A DNA stretch of 64,000 bases from Eledone cirrhosa (taxonomy: Eukaryota), in the NCBI GenBank assembly GCA_964016885.1, contig OZ024765.1, positions 2,914,001-2,978,000 of the forward strand. Reading direction: 5' to 3'. Below, in pieces: positions 13,801-25,002 of this stretch. A program made the position numbers and the translations under genes. The notes under the pieces were generated by a model that did no database searches, was not told the origin of the DNA, and saw only the letters and a program-made list of their open reading frames with translations. Position 1 is the first letter of the stretch. Each line of letters opens with the position of its first letter.

Positions 13801-16800
13801 TATTATCTGTCATTATCACCACCACCATCATCACTATTATTTTTAAAATAATAATTCTAATACTAATAAAAAAAATTAAAAAGTATCTCGTTCTACATGG
13901 CTGAATACAATAAATGTAATCTGAGTTTTTCAAATATTAATAACAACATTCAATTCGTTTGTAATTATGCAAACAAGCCTCATTTTTAAAGCCATGTCAG
14001 TAGAATGAACCCCTCATTCTTGCTCTTGTGTTGGCATGTGAACAGAACTGCAGACACTAATGTTTCTGGGTATCACTCTTCATCAGTACAGCTCACTGTT
14101 CACCTGCCAGCTGTCAGAGCTAGTGAAAATATATGCTATTTTCTAAAATACTTTACATGCCAACACAAGAGCAAGAATGAGGGGCTCATTCTACTGACAT
14201 GGCTTTAAAAATGAGGCTTGTTTGCATAATTGCAAACGATCAAATGTTATTAATATTTGAAAAACTCAAATTGCATTAATTCTAATACTAATATATATAT
14301 ATATTATACTCTCTCCACGACCACCATCATACAGGGTCTGATGTCATTGGTAAGTGAAGAAGCTGGATCTACAAGAGACCTGGAAAGTGTCACATCTGTC
14401 TATGACAATCTCTTTTGTAAGGTAAATATACCATTATTGTCATCATTTTACATCTGCTTTCCATTCTGGCATGGGTTGGACAGTTGTCACAGTTTTACCC
14501 TTGACAGAAATAATTATTTTTAGCATTCACACCAACACTGCCATTTTACAGGGTGGACTGGGTGTTTTTGTTGTGGTGCCAACACTACCATTTTACAGGG
14601 TGGACTGGGTGCTTTTTGTCATGTCAACAGCACTACCATTTTACAGAGTGGACTGGGTGTTTTTGTCGTGATGCCAACACTACCATTTTACAGGGTGGAC
14701 TGGGTGTTTTTGTCCTGATGCCAACACTACCACTTCACAGGGAGCATTTTATTGTGACACTAACATTACCACCTAACAGGGTGGTCTGGGTCAGTGTTAT
14801 TAGACACTAGCACTACCTCCTTAAAGGGTGGACTGAGGGTTTTATCATGACACCAGCATGACAACATTTACAGAGTGTACTGGGTGTTTTTTGTCTTGAC
14901 ACCAAAACTGCCACCATCATTATTCATCATCATACGTCCATTTTTTCGCACTCGCATGGGTTCGACAGGTTGTCATATTATGACACAGGTCAGGTCCAGA
15001 GACCACATCTTGTTCATATGGGTCTAAAGTCTGTCTTAAGACAGATGTGAGGCCAATGTTTATCCCGGTTTCATGGTGTGAAGTGACTGAGAGTACTAGA
15101 CTTCCCTGGACAGCACGCCAGTCCATCACAGGGTTAAAGACTATCTTAAGCCAGAAGGCTCATTTGGCCGGTGCTTATCCCAGTTTGATGGCGTGAAAGG
15201 ACTGAGAGTATAAAACACCCCTTGGACAGGACACCAGTCCATCACGGTTAAACCCCCAGCTATTGCAAGTACTCATTTTTCAGCTGAGTATACTGGAGCA
15301 ACGTGAAATGAAGTGTTTTGCTCAAGAACACAACACACAACCCAGGAATCGAACCCACGACATTATGATCGTAAGTCCAACACCCTTACCACTAGGCCAC
15401 GTACCTCATGAAATATGTTTTATGGATTTTCAATTTTGTTTTTTAGCGTGCTCACAATTACACGTTACCCAGTTGGGCCACAAATAAAGTTATGTCGAGG
15501 CTAAAGGTCTTGGAGGTTATTAAAATGAAGTTCTATTACTACAACCCTTCGATGAGGCTTTTGAAAGGAGGTAAATGGTTTAGTTTCTTCTTCTATATAT
15601 ATCATCATCATCATCGTTTAATGTCCATCTTCCACGCTAGCACGGGTAGGACGTGTTGACACTTAGGGAGAGAATCAGGTCAGAGGACCATGTTTAGCTC
15701 ACCCGGGGTAGATTTTGGCTTGGTTTCTACAGCTGGATGTCCTTCCTAATGCCAACCACTTTACAGTGTGGACTGGGTGCTTTTTGTCATGATACCTACA
15801 CACCTACAGTGTGGACTGAGTGCTTTTTGTTGTGACACCTACATGACCACTTTGCAGTGGGGACTGGGTGCTTTTTGTTGTGACACCTACATGACCACTT
15901 TGCAGTGTGGACTGGGTGTTTCTTGTGACACCTACATGACCACTTTGCAGTGGGGACTGGGTGCTTTTTGTTGTGACACCTACATGACCACTTTACAGTG
16001 TGGACTGGGTGTTTCTTGTTGTGACACCTACATGACCACTTTACAGTGTGGACTGGGTGCTTTTTGTCATGATACCTACACACCTACAGTGTGGACTGGG
16101 TGCTTTTTGTTGTGACACCTACATGACCACTTTGCTGTGGGGACTGGGTGCTTTTGTCATGACACCTGGGGGACCACTACATGGTGTGGGATGGGAACTA
16201 GGGAGGGAGGGAGAGGAAGCTTGGGGAAATTGGGGTAGTAGGTAATAGGGGAGGGATGGTTACCACAAAAGGTGGTGTATAGAAAGGGAGACGGTTGTGG
16301 AAGGTGTTGCCTACTAGGTATAAGCCTCATCCATATGTGTATATATATATGTATATATATATATATGTATATATATATATGTATACAAGGCCCTTGTATA
16401 TATATGTGTGTTTGTGCATAGAACACTATAAAGAAAACAGAAGTCGGGTATAGGTAGATAGTTAGTTCATTGTTTTACGCTCGTTTCAGAGGGTCGATTG
16501 ATAAATGGAGATTGATGTATTGATTAGCATGATAGTGGTTGAGTTACTACCCATTTCTAGTCTAGAAAACCCTGTTCAATCGGCCGTCTTCCTGCCAGAT
16601 ATAGTCCTATACGAGCGAGACACGGTCACCCGACCAATCTTGGCTCAAGTGGGACAATTCCCGTCTAAACCCATGCTAGCGTGGAAGATAGACATTAAAC
16701 GATGGTGATGTTGATGATGATGATCTCGGTAATTTTACCTGCCCTAGATAGATATCCATACATTACGGTTTGTCTCTTTGATATGTTTCAGGTCACCTTT

Positions 16801-19800
16801 TGTGGGAAATTGTTGAAAATATGAAGTTGAAAGTCAGTGAACCAGAAACACTGCGAAAATTTGTCATGTACTCTGCTGTAAGTTGTTGTTGTTGTTACTG
16901 TTGTTGTTGTTGCTGCTACAGTTGTTGTTGCTGCTGCTACAGTTGTTGCTGCTACAGTTGTTGTTGCTGCTGCTACAGTTGTTGTTGTTGCTGAGGTTGT
17001 TGTAGTTATTGTTGCTGTTGCTGAGGTTGTTGTAGTTATTGTTGCTGTTACTGTTGTTGCTGCTACAATTGTAGTTGTTGTTGCTGTTGTTGTTGTTGTT
17101 GTTACTGCTGTTGTTGTTTTTACTGCTGCTGTTGTTGCTGCTACAGTTGTTGTTGCTGTTACTGTTGCTACAGCAGTTGTTGTTGTTGTTGCTGTTGTTG
17201 TTGTTGCTGTTGCTGTTGTTGTTACTGCTGTTGTTGCTGCTACAGTTGTTGTTACTGCTGTTGTTGCTGCTACAGTTGTTGTTGTTGTTACTGCTGTTGT
17301 TGTTGCTGCTATAGTTGTTGTTGTTGTTGCTGTTGTTGTTGTTGTTGTTACTGTTGTTGTTGTTGTTGTTGTTGTTTAATTGGTACAATTTTAATTATCA
17401 AAACAATGAAAGACGAAGTTGACCTCAAAAAGATTTAAATTCCAAGAAATCAGAGAGCCGAAACTGTACAATACAGCACAAAACATTCTATCCAATGCTC
17501 TACCGACTCAGTCAGTTTGCTACCCACTAACAACATTACACTATTATGGCATGTAAGGCCATGTGTCTCCTTGGGGAACTGTAGGGGTCACCTATTGACA
17601 TACAGGATTTCTAGGGCATTTTTTAAACCCTTTAGTATTTAAACTGGCCATATCTGGCTGTAACTAGCCACTCATACTTATGTTATGGTATTGTTCTGAA
17701 AATAGATAATATAAATATCTCATAGATTCAATATTATGTGTACCAGTAACGCATTGGGGTCGATTTAATCGACTTTCCCCTCCCCAAAAATTGCTGGCCT
17801 TGTGTCTAAAGTAGAAACAATTATTATTTATAGGTAGAGGGTCGGACGCCATGCTTTGCAGCATAGAGTTAAGGCCCTTTGCGTTCTGAGTTCAAATCTC
17901 ACCGAGGTTAGCTTTGCCTTTCACCCTTACAGGGTTGATAAAATAGAGTACCAGTAATACACTGGGATAATTGCTGGTCTTGTGTCTAAATGTAGAAACA
18001 ATTATATTTCTCGGTAGGGCATCAGACAACATGCTTTGCAGCACAGAGTTACGGCCCTTTATATTCTGAATTCAAATCTCACCGAGGTTAGCTTTGCCTT
18101 TCATCCTTACAGGATCGATAAAATAAAGTACCAGTAACACAATGGGGTTGATTTAATTGACTTTAAATTGTTGGCCTTGTGTAGAAACCATTATATCGGG
18201 TTGTAACATAAATTCCCGCCGTTGTTATAAAACTTCTTAATAAAAAAAACGGCGTGAATTTATGTTACAACGCAATATATATATATTTTTTCTCTGTTGC
18301 CCCTCTACAGCATGATTCCACGATGATAGCCCTTCTGATGACCCTAAACGTGTTCAACGATATCCTCCCACCTTACGCCTCCTGCTTTATGATAGAGCTG
18401 CACCAAAACGCTAACCAGTCATACTACGTACAACTCCTTTACAAGAACTCAACTTCTGACTTGGTACCTGTCGTTCTAACACTGCCAGGTATGTATGTGG
18501 GTTTTTTATATATAATACTAGACCACCCGTCACCCATTGGGTTCACTTCAAAATAATTTTTAAAAAATCGTGTTCACTTCAAAATAATTTTTAAAAAATC
18601 GTGTTCACTTCAAAATAATTTTTTTTAAATCGTGTTCACTTCAAAATAATTTTTTTTTAAATCGTGATCAATTCAAAATAATTTGTAAAAAATCGTGTTC
18701 AATTCAAAATAATTTTTTAAAAATCGTGATCACTTCAAAATAATTTTTTAAAAATCGTGTTCAATTCAAAATAATTTGTTAAAAATCGTGTTCACTTCAA
18801 AATAATTTGTTAAAAATCGTGTTCACTTCAAAATAATTTTTTTAAAATCGTGTTCACTTCAAAATAATTTTTTTTTAAATCGTGATCAATTCAAAATAAT
18901 TTGTAAAAAATCGTGTTCACTTCAAAATAATTTTTTAAAAATCGTGTTCAATTCAAAATAATTTTTTAAAAATCGTGATCACTTCAAAATAATTTTTTAA
19001 AAATCGTGTTCAATTCAAAATAATTTGTTAAAAATCGTGTTCACTTCAAAATAATTTGTTAAAAATCGTGATCACTTCAAAATAATTTTTTAAAAATCGT
19101 GTTCAATTCAAAATAATTTGTTAAAAATCGTGTTCACTTCAAAATAATTTGTTAAAAATTGTGTTCAATTCAAAATAATTTGTTAAAAATCGTGTTCACT
19201 TCAAAATAATTTGTTAAAAATCGTGATCAATTCAAAATAATTTGTTAAAAATCGTGTTCACTTCAAAATAATTTGTTAAAAATCGTGTTCACTTCAAAAT
19301 AATTTTTTAAAAATCGTGTTCAATTCAAAATAATTTGTTAAAAGTCGTGTTCACTTCAAAATAATTTTTTAAAATCGTGTTCACTTCAAAATAATTTTTA
19401 AATAATTAGAATATACACAGACATGTATATATATATAGGGTTGGATAACATTCATGAGCTCAAGAATCCTTAGATAAATTTTCCTCCCCTTTCCCAATTA
19501 CTACCAGACTCTAAGGTCACCTCACCACACCAGACTCTAAGGTCACCACACCAGACCCTAAGGTCACCTCACCACACCAGACCCTAAAGTCACCTCACCT
19601 CACCACACCACACCTCACTAGATCCTAAGGTCACCTCACCACACCTCACTAGATCCTAAGGTCACCTCACCACACCTCACCCTAAGGACGGGCCACGGCA
19701 CCTGTCTGACCTCTTTTTCCTGACTCCTTTTATCCCAGTTCCTACCCGACGCTAATATTTACTTCATATATATTTGCCCCCATCTGCAGGTTGCGATAAG

Positions 19801-22800
19801 AAGTGTTTGTGGAGTGAGTTTGTTAAGTTAACGAAGGCGTCCGTCACAGCCAACATTGAAGAGGATTGTGAAATACCTACAGACACATGTAAGTTTTATC
19901 TTTTGAATCTACTCATTGCCTTTTTCTGTCTTTGGGTGATTTTCACTCTGTGCAGCTTTTGAGGGTTGACATCATCATCATCATCATTGTTTAACGTCCA
20001 TCTTCCACGCTATGATGGGTTAGACAGGTTTGTCCCATTTAAAGGCTCGTCTTAATGCCATCCACTTTACAGTGTGGACTGGGAGCCTTTTAACCGTGTC
20101 TTTTACACGACCACTTTACAGTGAGTACTGGCTGCTTTTTGTCATGTCACCTACATGACTACTTTACAGTGAGTACTGGCTGCTTTTTGTCATGTCACCT
20201 ACATGACTACTTTACAGTGAGTACTGGGTGCTTTTTGTCATGTCACCTACATGACTACTTTACAGTGAGCACTGGCTGCTTTTTGTCATGTCACCTACAT
20301 GACTACTTTACAGTGAGTACTGGCTGCTTTTTGTCATGTCACCTACATGACTACTTTACAGTGAGCACTGGCTGCTTTTTGTTGTGACACCTACATGACT
20401 ACTTTACAGTGAGTACTGGCTGCTTTTTGTCATGTCACCTACATGACTACTTTACAGTGAGTACTGGGTGCTTTTTGTCATGTCACCTACATGACTACTT
20501 TACAGTGAGCACTGGCTGCTTTTTGTTGTGACACCTACATGACTACTTTACAGTGAGTACTGGCTGCTTTTTGTTGTGACACCTACATGACTACTTTACA
20601 GTGAGCACTGGGTGCTTTTTGTTGTGACACCTACATGACTACTTTACAGTGAGCACTGGGTGCTTTTTGTTGTGACACCTACATGACCACTTTACAGTGT
20701 GGACTGGGTGCTTTTTGTTGTGACACCTACATGACTACTTTACAGTGAGCACTGGGTGCTTTTTGTTGTGACACCTACATGACCACTTTACAGTGAGTAC
20801 TGGGTGCTTTTTGTCATGTCACCTACATGACTACTTTACAGTGAGCACTGGCTGCTTTTTGTTGTGACACCTACATGACTACTTTACAGTGAGTACTGGC
20901 TGCTTTTTGTTGTGACACCTACATGACTACTTTACAGTGAGCACTGGGTGCTTTTTGTTGTGACACCTACATGAATACTTTACAGTGAGCACTGGGTGCT
21001 TTTTGTTGTGACACCTACATGACCACTTTACAGTGTGGACTGGGTGCTTTTTGTTGTGACACCTACATGACTACTTTACAGTGAGTAGTGGGTGCTTTTT
21101 GTCATGTCACCTACATGACTACTTTACAGTGAGTACTGGGTGCTTTTTGTCATGTCACCTACATGACTACTTTACAGTGAGCACTGGGTGCTTTTTGTTG
21201 TGACACCTACATGACTACTTTACAGTGAGCACTGGGTGCTTTTTGTTGTGACACCTACATGACCACTTTACAGTGTGGACTGGGTGCTTTTTGTTGTGAC
21301 ACCTACATGACTACTTTACAGTGAGCACTGGGTGCTTTTTGTTGTGACACCTACATGACCACTTTACAGTGAGTACTGGGTGCTTTTTGTTGTGTCACTT
21401 ACATGACCACTTTACAGTGAGTACTGGGTGCTTTTTGTCATGTCACCTACATGACCACTTTACAGTGTGGACTGGGTGATTTTTGTTGTGTCACTTACAT
21501 GACCACTTTACAGTGTGAGCTGAGTGCTTTTTGTTGTGACACCTACATGACCACTTTACAGTGTGGACTGGGTGATTTTTGTTGTGACACCTACATGACC
21601 ACTTTACAGTGTGAGCTGAGTGCTTTTTGTTGTGACACCTACATGACCACTTTACAGTGTGGACTGGGTGATTTTTGTCGTGTCACTTACATGACCACTT
21701 TACAGTGTGAGCTGAGTGCTTTTTGTTGTGACACCTACATGACCACTTTACAGTGTGGACTGGGTGATTTTTGTCGTGTCACTTACATGACCACTTTACA
21801 GTGTGAGCTGAGTGCTTTTTGTTGTGACACCTACATGACCACTTTACAGTGTGGACTGGGTACTTTTTGTTGTGACACCTACATGACCACTTTACAGTGT
21901 AGGCTGGGTGCCTTTTATGCTTTTTGTCATGTCACCTACACGACCACTTTATATATAGAAATATTGTCTTATTCACCAGAAACCCTTGCAAATTTGTAAC
22001 TATACTAAGAAGCGAGGGTACTTACATAAATATTGTTACAAGTACAACATTAGTGGACGTTAAACGAAGATGGTGATGATATATACACATATTTTGTGTG
22101 TGTGTATATATATATATATACACACACACAAACACAATATATATATATATATATATATGTGTGTATATTGCCATTGTTTAATTTCCATTTCCCCTGCTAG
22201 CCAAGGCTGGCCGGGTCTACATAGATCAAGTCAGTGCTAAAGTGGGGCTACTGTCCTCATATATATATATAATTCAATATATAGGGTGTCCCCAAAAAGT
22301 GTATACACACTGTACAGGCAATACTTATTAGAATGCACAGCCTTTCCCAAAAATATAATTGTTTCTACTTTTTGCACAAGGCCAGCAATTACCCCAGTGT
22401 ATTACTGGTACTTTATTTTATTGACCCTGTAAAGATGAAAGGCAAAGTTGACCTCAGCGGGATTTGAACTCAGACCATAAAGGGCCGTAACTCTATGCTG
22501 CAAAGCATGGCGTCCGACCCTCGACCGATTCTGCCAATCCACCTTTCCCCAAAATATAATGATCTACAACAGACATAATTCAACTGTATGTAAACACCCA
22601 GAAATGTTTATAGAATTTAAATAATTATTTCTACTTTTGGAACAAGGCCAGCAATTATTTCAGTGTATTACTGGTACTTTATTTTATCGACCCCGTAAGG
22701 ATGAAAGGCAAAGTTAGCCTCGGTGGGATTTGAACTCAGACCGTAAAGGGGCGTAACTCTATGCTGCAAGGCATGGCGTCCGACCTACCGATACTGCCAA

Positions 22801-23871
22801 TCCACCGCCTTTACATGATTTAAATAATTGTTTCTACTTTAGGCACAAGGCCAGCAATTACCCAGTGCATTACTGGTACTTTATTTTATCGACCTCGTAA
22901 GGATGAAAGGCAAAGTCAACCTCGGTGGGATTTGAACTCAGATCGTAAAGGGACGTAACTCTATGCTGCAAGGCATGGTGTCCGACCCTCTACCGATACT
23001 GCCAATCCACCGCCTTTACATGATTTAAATAATGCATATAAAATAGAATTTATTTTAATGCATTTTTTTTTTGCTGTTGAAGTGTGTATACATTTTTGTG
23101 GGACACCCTGTATGTTCTGATACTTTAACATGGAATATATATATATGTATGTGTATACAATATATATTTTAACTATTATGCAATAGTCATTCCAATACTG
23201 TTATTTAACAGTTATTTCAATGATGTCTAACTGTTATTGAACTGTTATTTAACAGTTATTTCGATGCTGTTTAACTTATTTTAACTGTTTTATAATAATT
23301 ATTTTGATGTCGTTAACTTATTTTAACAATTATTCCGATGTTTAACTTAAGTTATTCTGATGCTGTTTGACAGTAACTGTTATATAACAGCTACTCCGAT
23401 GCTGTTTAACTTTAACTATTAAATAACAGTTATTTTGATGCTGTTTAACTGTAACTGTTATATAACAGTTCTTTCAATGTTGTTTAATTTTAACTGTTAT
23501 TTAACAGCTATTTTGAAGCTGTTTAACTGTTATGTAACAGTTATTTCAATGTCATTTAACTATTATATAACAGCTATTACAATGCTGTTTAAATCTAACT
23601 CTTTTAAACAGTTATTTCGATTCTGTTAAAACTGTTATATAACAGTTATTCCGTTGTTGTTTAAATTTTTTAACTGTTATTTTTATAACTTTTTAAATTT
23701 TTTTACTGACATTTTTTCTTTTCTTTTTCTCTGTTTGGTCTTTTTTTTTCAGTTACTTCGCCAGTTCTGGTGTCAGTTGCCTTAATAATTGTTTTCGTTG
23801 TTATAATTGCCCTCACCACTCTGTGTTTTCGGTTCCGAAGAAGGGACTCATACTCACATATTCAGGTCTAG
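2966..23871 (+). CDS. ACP2: Lysosomal acid phosphatase-like histidine acid phosphatase, 11 coding exons, ~410 aa
   Basis: Exons 2966-3076, 8978-9070, 10743-10829, 11381-11533, 12774-12869, 14335-14421, 15447-15570, 16792-16877, 18311-18488, 19790-19888 and 23753-23871, all GT-AG with compatible phases, 1233 nt in total. Signal peptide, [31 protein letters not shown]|HD, PPYAS, TM helix and YSHI tail. Confidence 0.93.
5680..6140. repeat. ~55-60-bp minisatellite with embedded (CA)n/(TA)n
   Basis: cacctatatagtcctcagtagccctagctatatatagagtgtgta x8. Confidence 0.9.
6320..6895. repeat. 26-bp minisatellite (acatgtattaaaccttagttttaccc)
   Basis: Two interrupted blocks. Confidence 0.85.
7410..8140 (-). 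mobile_element. Degraded RTE LINE fragment containing ~5 tandem copies of an ~80-bp ORF piece
   Basis: [13 protein letters not shown]...KGRLYDACV and RRLRWYGH...RSRGRPRK; related fragment at ~13200-13590. Confidence 0.85.
8978..9070 (+). CDS. ACP2: Acid phosphatase exon 2 (catalytic RHGxRxP)
   Basis: ttctag|[31 protein letters not shown]|gtaagt. Confidence 0.96.
9180..9867 (-). mobile_element. 3' fragment of a Tx1/L1-clade LINE (CCHC zinc knuckle) inside a (GATA)n tract
   Basis: Minus strand reads [29 protein letters not shown]...VIWWMR; (AGAT)n on both flanks. Confidence 0.75.
9950..10650. repeat. 108-bp tandem repeat, ~6 copies
   Basis: taatgtgatgtagtcatagtg recurs every 108 bp. Confidence 0.92.
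10743..10829 (+). CDS. ACP2: Acid phosphatase exon 3
   Basis: aag|[29 protein letters not shown]|gtaaat. Confidence 0.93.
10884..10929 (-). ncRNA. Hammerhead-like motif (second copy 14045-14094 on -)
   Basis: AACUGUA CUGAUGA a GGGU-aauc-ACCC a GAAA CAgUG UC UGCAGUU; 7-bp stem I, GUC site. Confidence 0.68.
11381..11533 (+). CDS. ACP2: Acid phosphatase exon 4
   Basis: ttgcag|[21 protein letters not shown]...[15 protein letters not shown]|gtaaga. Confidence 0.95.
11563..12150 (+). mobile_element. Cluster of three tRNA-derived SINEs with a Meta-type core
   Basis: Head ttggcagtatcggtag...gttcaaatccc then aactttgcctttcatccttacggggtcgataaaataaagtaccag. Other copies near 7183, 8245, 17830, 18010, 22358-23013 (-, x3), 39520-40806, 46216 and 50350 (-). 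Superfamily assignment from memory. Confidence 0.8.
12774..12869 (+). CDS. ACP2: Acid phosphatase exon 5
   Basis: ttgcag|[32 protein letters not shown]|gtaagt. Confidence 0.92.
13913..14277. mobile_element. Foldback/MITE-like element, ~125-bp TIRs around a ~110-bp core
   Basis: aatgtaatctgagtttttcaaatattaataac...ggcatgt / acatgcc...gttattaatatttgaaaaactcaaattgcatt. Confidence 0.85.
14335..14421 (+). CDS. ACP2: Acid phosphatase exon 6
   Basis: atacag|[29 protein letters not shown]|gtaaat (YDxLFC motif). Confidence 0.9.
15447..15570 (+). CDS. ACP2: Acid phosphatase exon 7
   Basis: ttttag|[42 protein letters not shown]|gtaaat. Confidence 0.92.
16792..16877 (+). CDS. ACP2: Acid phosphatase exon 8
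   Basis: tttcag|(G)[28 protein letters not shown]|gtaagt. Confidence 0.93.
16880..17376. repeat. (GTT/GCT)n trinucleotide tract
   Basis: Starts immediately after the exon 8 donor. Confidence 0.95.
18311..18488 (+). CDS. ACP2: Acid phosphatase exon 9 (HD proton-donor motif)
   Basis: ctacag|[31 protein letters not shown]...LTLP-G|gtatgt. Confidence 0.95.
18541..19403. repeat. 32-33-bp AT-rich minisatellite (gtgttcacttcaaaataattttttaaaaatc)
   Basis: About 26 copies. Confidence 0.93.
19790..19888 (+). CDS. ACP2: Acid phosphatase exon 10
   Basis: ctgcag|(G)[32 protein letters not shown]|gtaagt. Confidence 0.92.
20110..21950. repeat. 48-bp minisatellite derived from the RTE-type element interior
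   Basis: actttacagtgagtactgggtgctttttgttgtgacacctacatgact, ~38 copies; smaller array at ~15760-16165. Confidence 0.93.
22282..23110. mobile_element. Tc1/mariner-type MITE with three nested SINEs
   Basis: TIRs (c/t)agggtgtcccc aaaaagtgtatacacac / gtgtgtatacatttttgtgggacaccctg, TA flanks. Confidence 0.75.
23753..23871 (+). CDS. ACP2: Acid phosphatase exon 11 (TM helix, cytosolic tail, stop)
   Basis: Long pyrimidine tract, cag|(F)[38 protein letters not shown]; phase matches exon 10. Confidence 0.88.
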
Positions 23872-25002
23872 GTGACATTCCTCCCTGTCCCCCTGTCCCC
23901 TTTTATTTTCCGTATTTTTTTTTTTTTTTTTTTTTCTATCTTTTCTGTATTTCTTGGTTGTGTGGCAAACTGGGTGCCGGGATTTCTGGAGAATGTATGG
24001 GTTGGAAGAGACGGTGGGGTGGGGCATTTGCTATATTTTGGGAGAGGGGTGGGGCATTTGCTATATTTAAGGGGGGTGGGGCGCCATTTACTATATTTAG
24101 GGAGGGGGGACATTTGCTGTATTTTTAAAACTATATTTTTCTATTTGTTCTTTGAGAGAAAAGAAGAAAAAACACATTTTTTAAAATATAGTAATAATAA
24201 TAATAGTAATTTGTTTTTCCACTTATTGTATTTTTTTAATTATATTCTTCTATTTGCTCTTTAACAAAAAAAGGGGAAAAAACCACACAATTGTAAAATG
24301 TATTTTTTTTTTTTTTTAAAGAAATAATAACAACAATAATAATGTAATGTTGTACTTTGGTAGGGTCATGTTGCCAATAAAAACACATGCACTGGTTGAG
24401 TTTCACTTCAGCTCTGTTTGTAGTTAAATACCTGATTCCTTGGTTGGTTTAGTAACTGAATAGTTATTTAGTTGTCAAAGCTCTTTCGTCACACGCCATC
24501 TCACCTTTTCAGTGTCTTGTCCTCGTTTTGACGATGCTAATTGAGAAGGTCAAGGTCAGAGAATGTCTGACAAAAGAGCTTTGACAATTAACCTTCAACA
24601 CGCTAGAAATTTTTGAGTTACTTCCCTTGATACTATATTATGTATTAAGGCAACATTATTCTATCGGCAACTTAATGCCCCTATAGCATCCAGAAGGTTA
24701 ACAAACCATCCAGTTACTAAACTAACCAATGATTCGATTAGCTCCCTGTCTACTAACTAGTTTCTAACATGTGAAGAAGTGTGGTTGAGTGGTTAGAAAA
24801 CTGGATCCACAATTGTGAGGTTGTCAGTTCGATTCTCTGACCAGGCGAGGCATTATGTCCTTGAGCAAGGCACTTTATTTCACGTTGATCTTACTGCCAG
24901 GAGTTGTGACCTGTAGATAGTATCGGCAGTGGAAAGACCAATGGAAACATTGTCTCCTTGGTCCAATTTGAGAGTTGTGAACAGTGGATAGTATCAGCAA
25001 TT

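Noticed and set aside
20121-21999. Cys-rich repeat peptides ([16 protein letters not shown])n resembling toxins or metallothionein
   Set aside because: 48-bp satellite of a dispersed RTE-derived element; frequent stops, no signal peptide or splice context.
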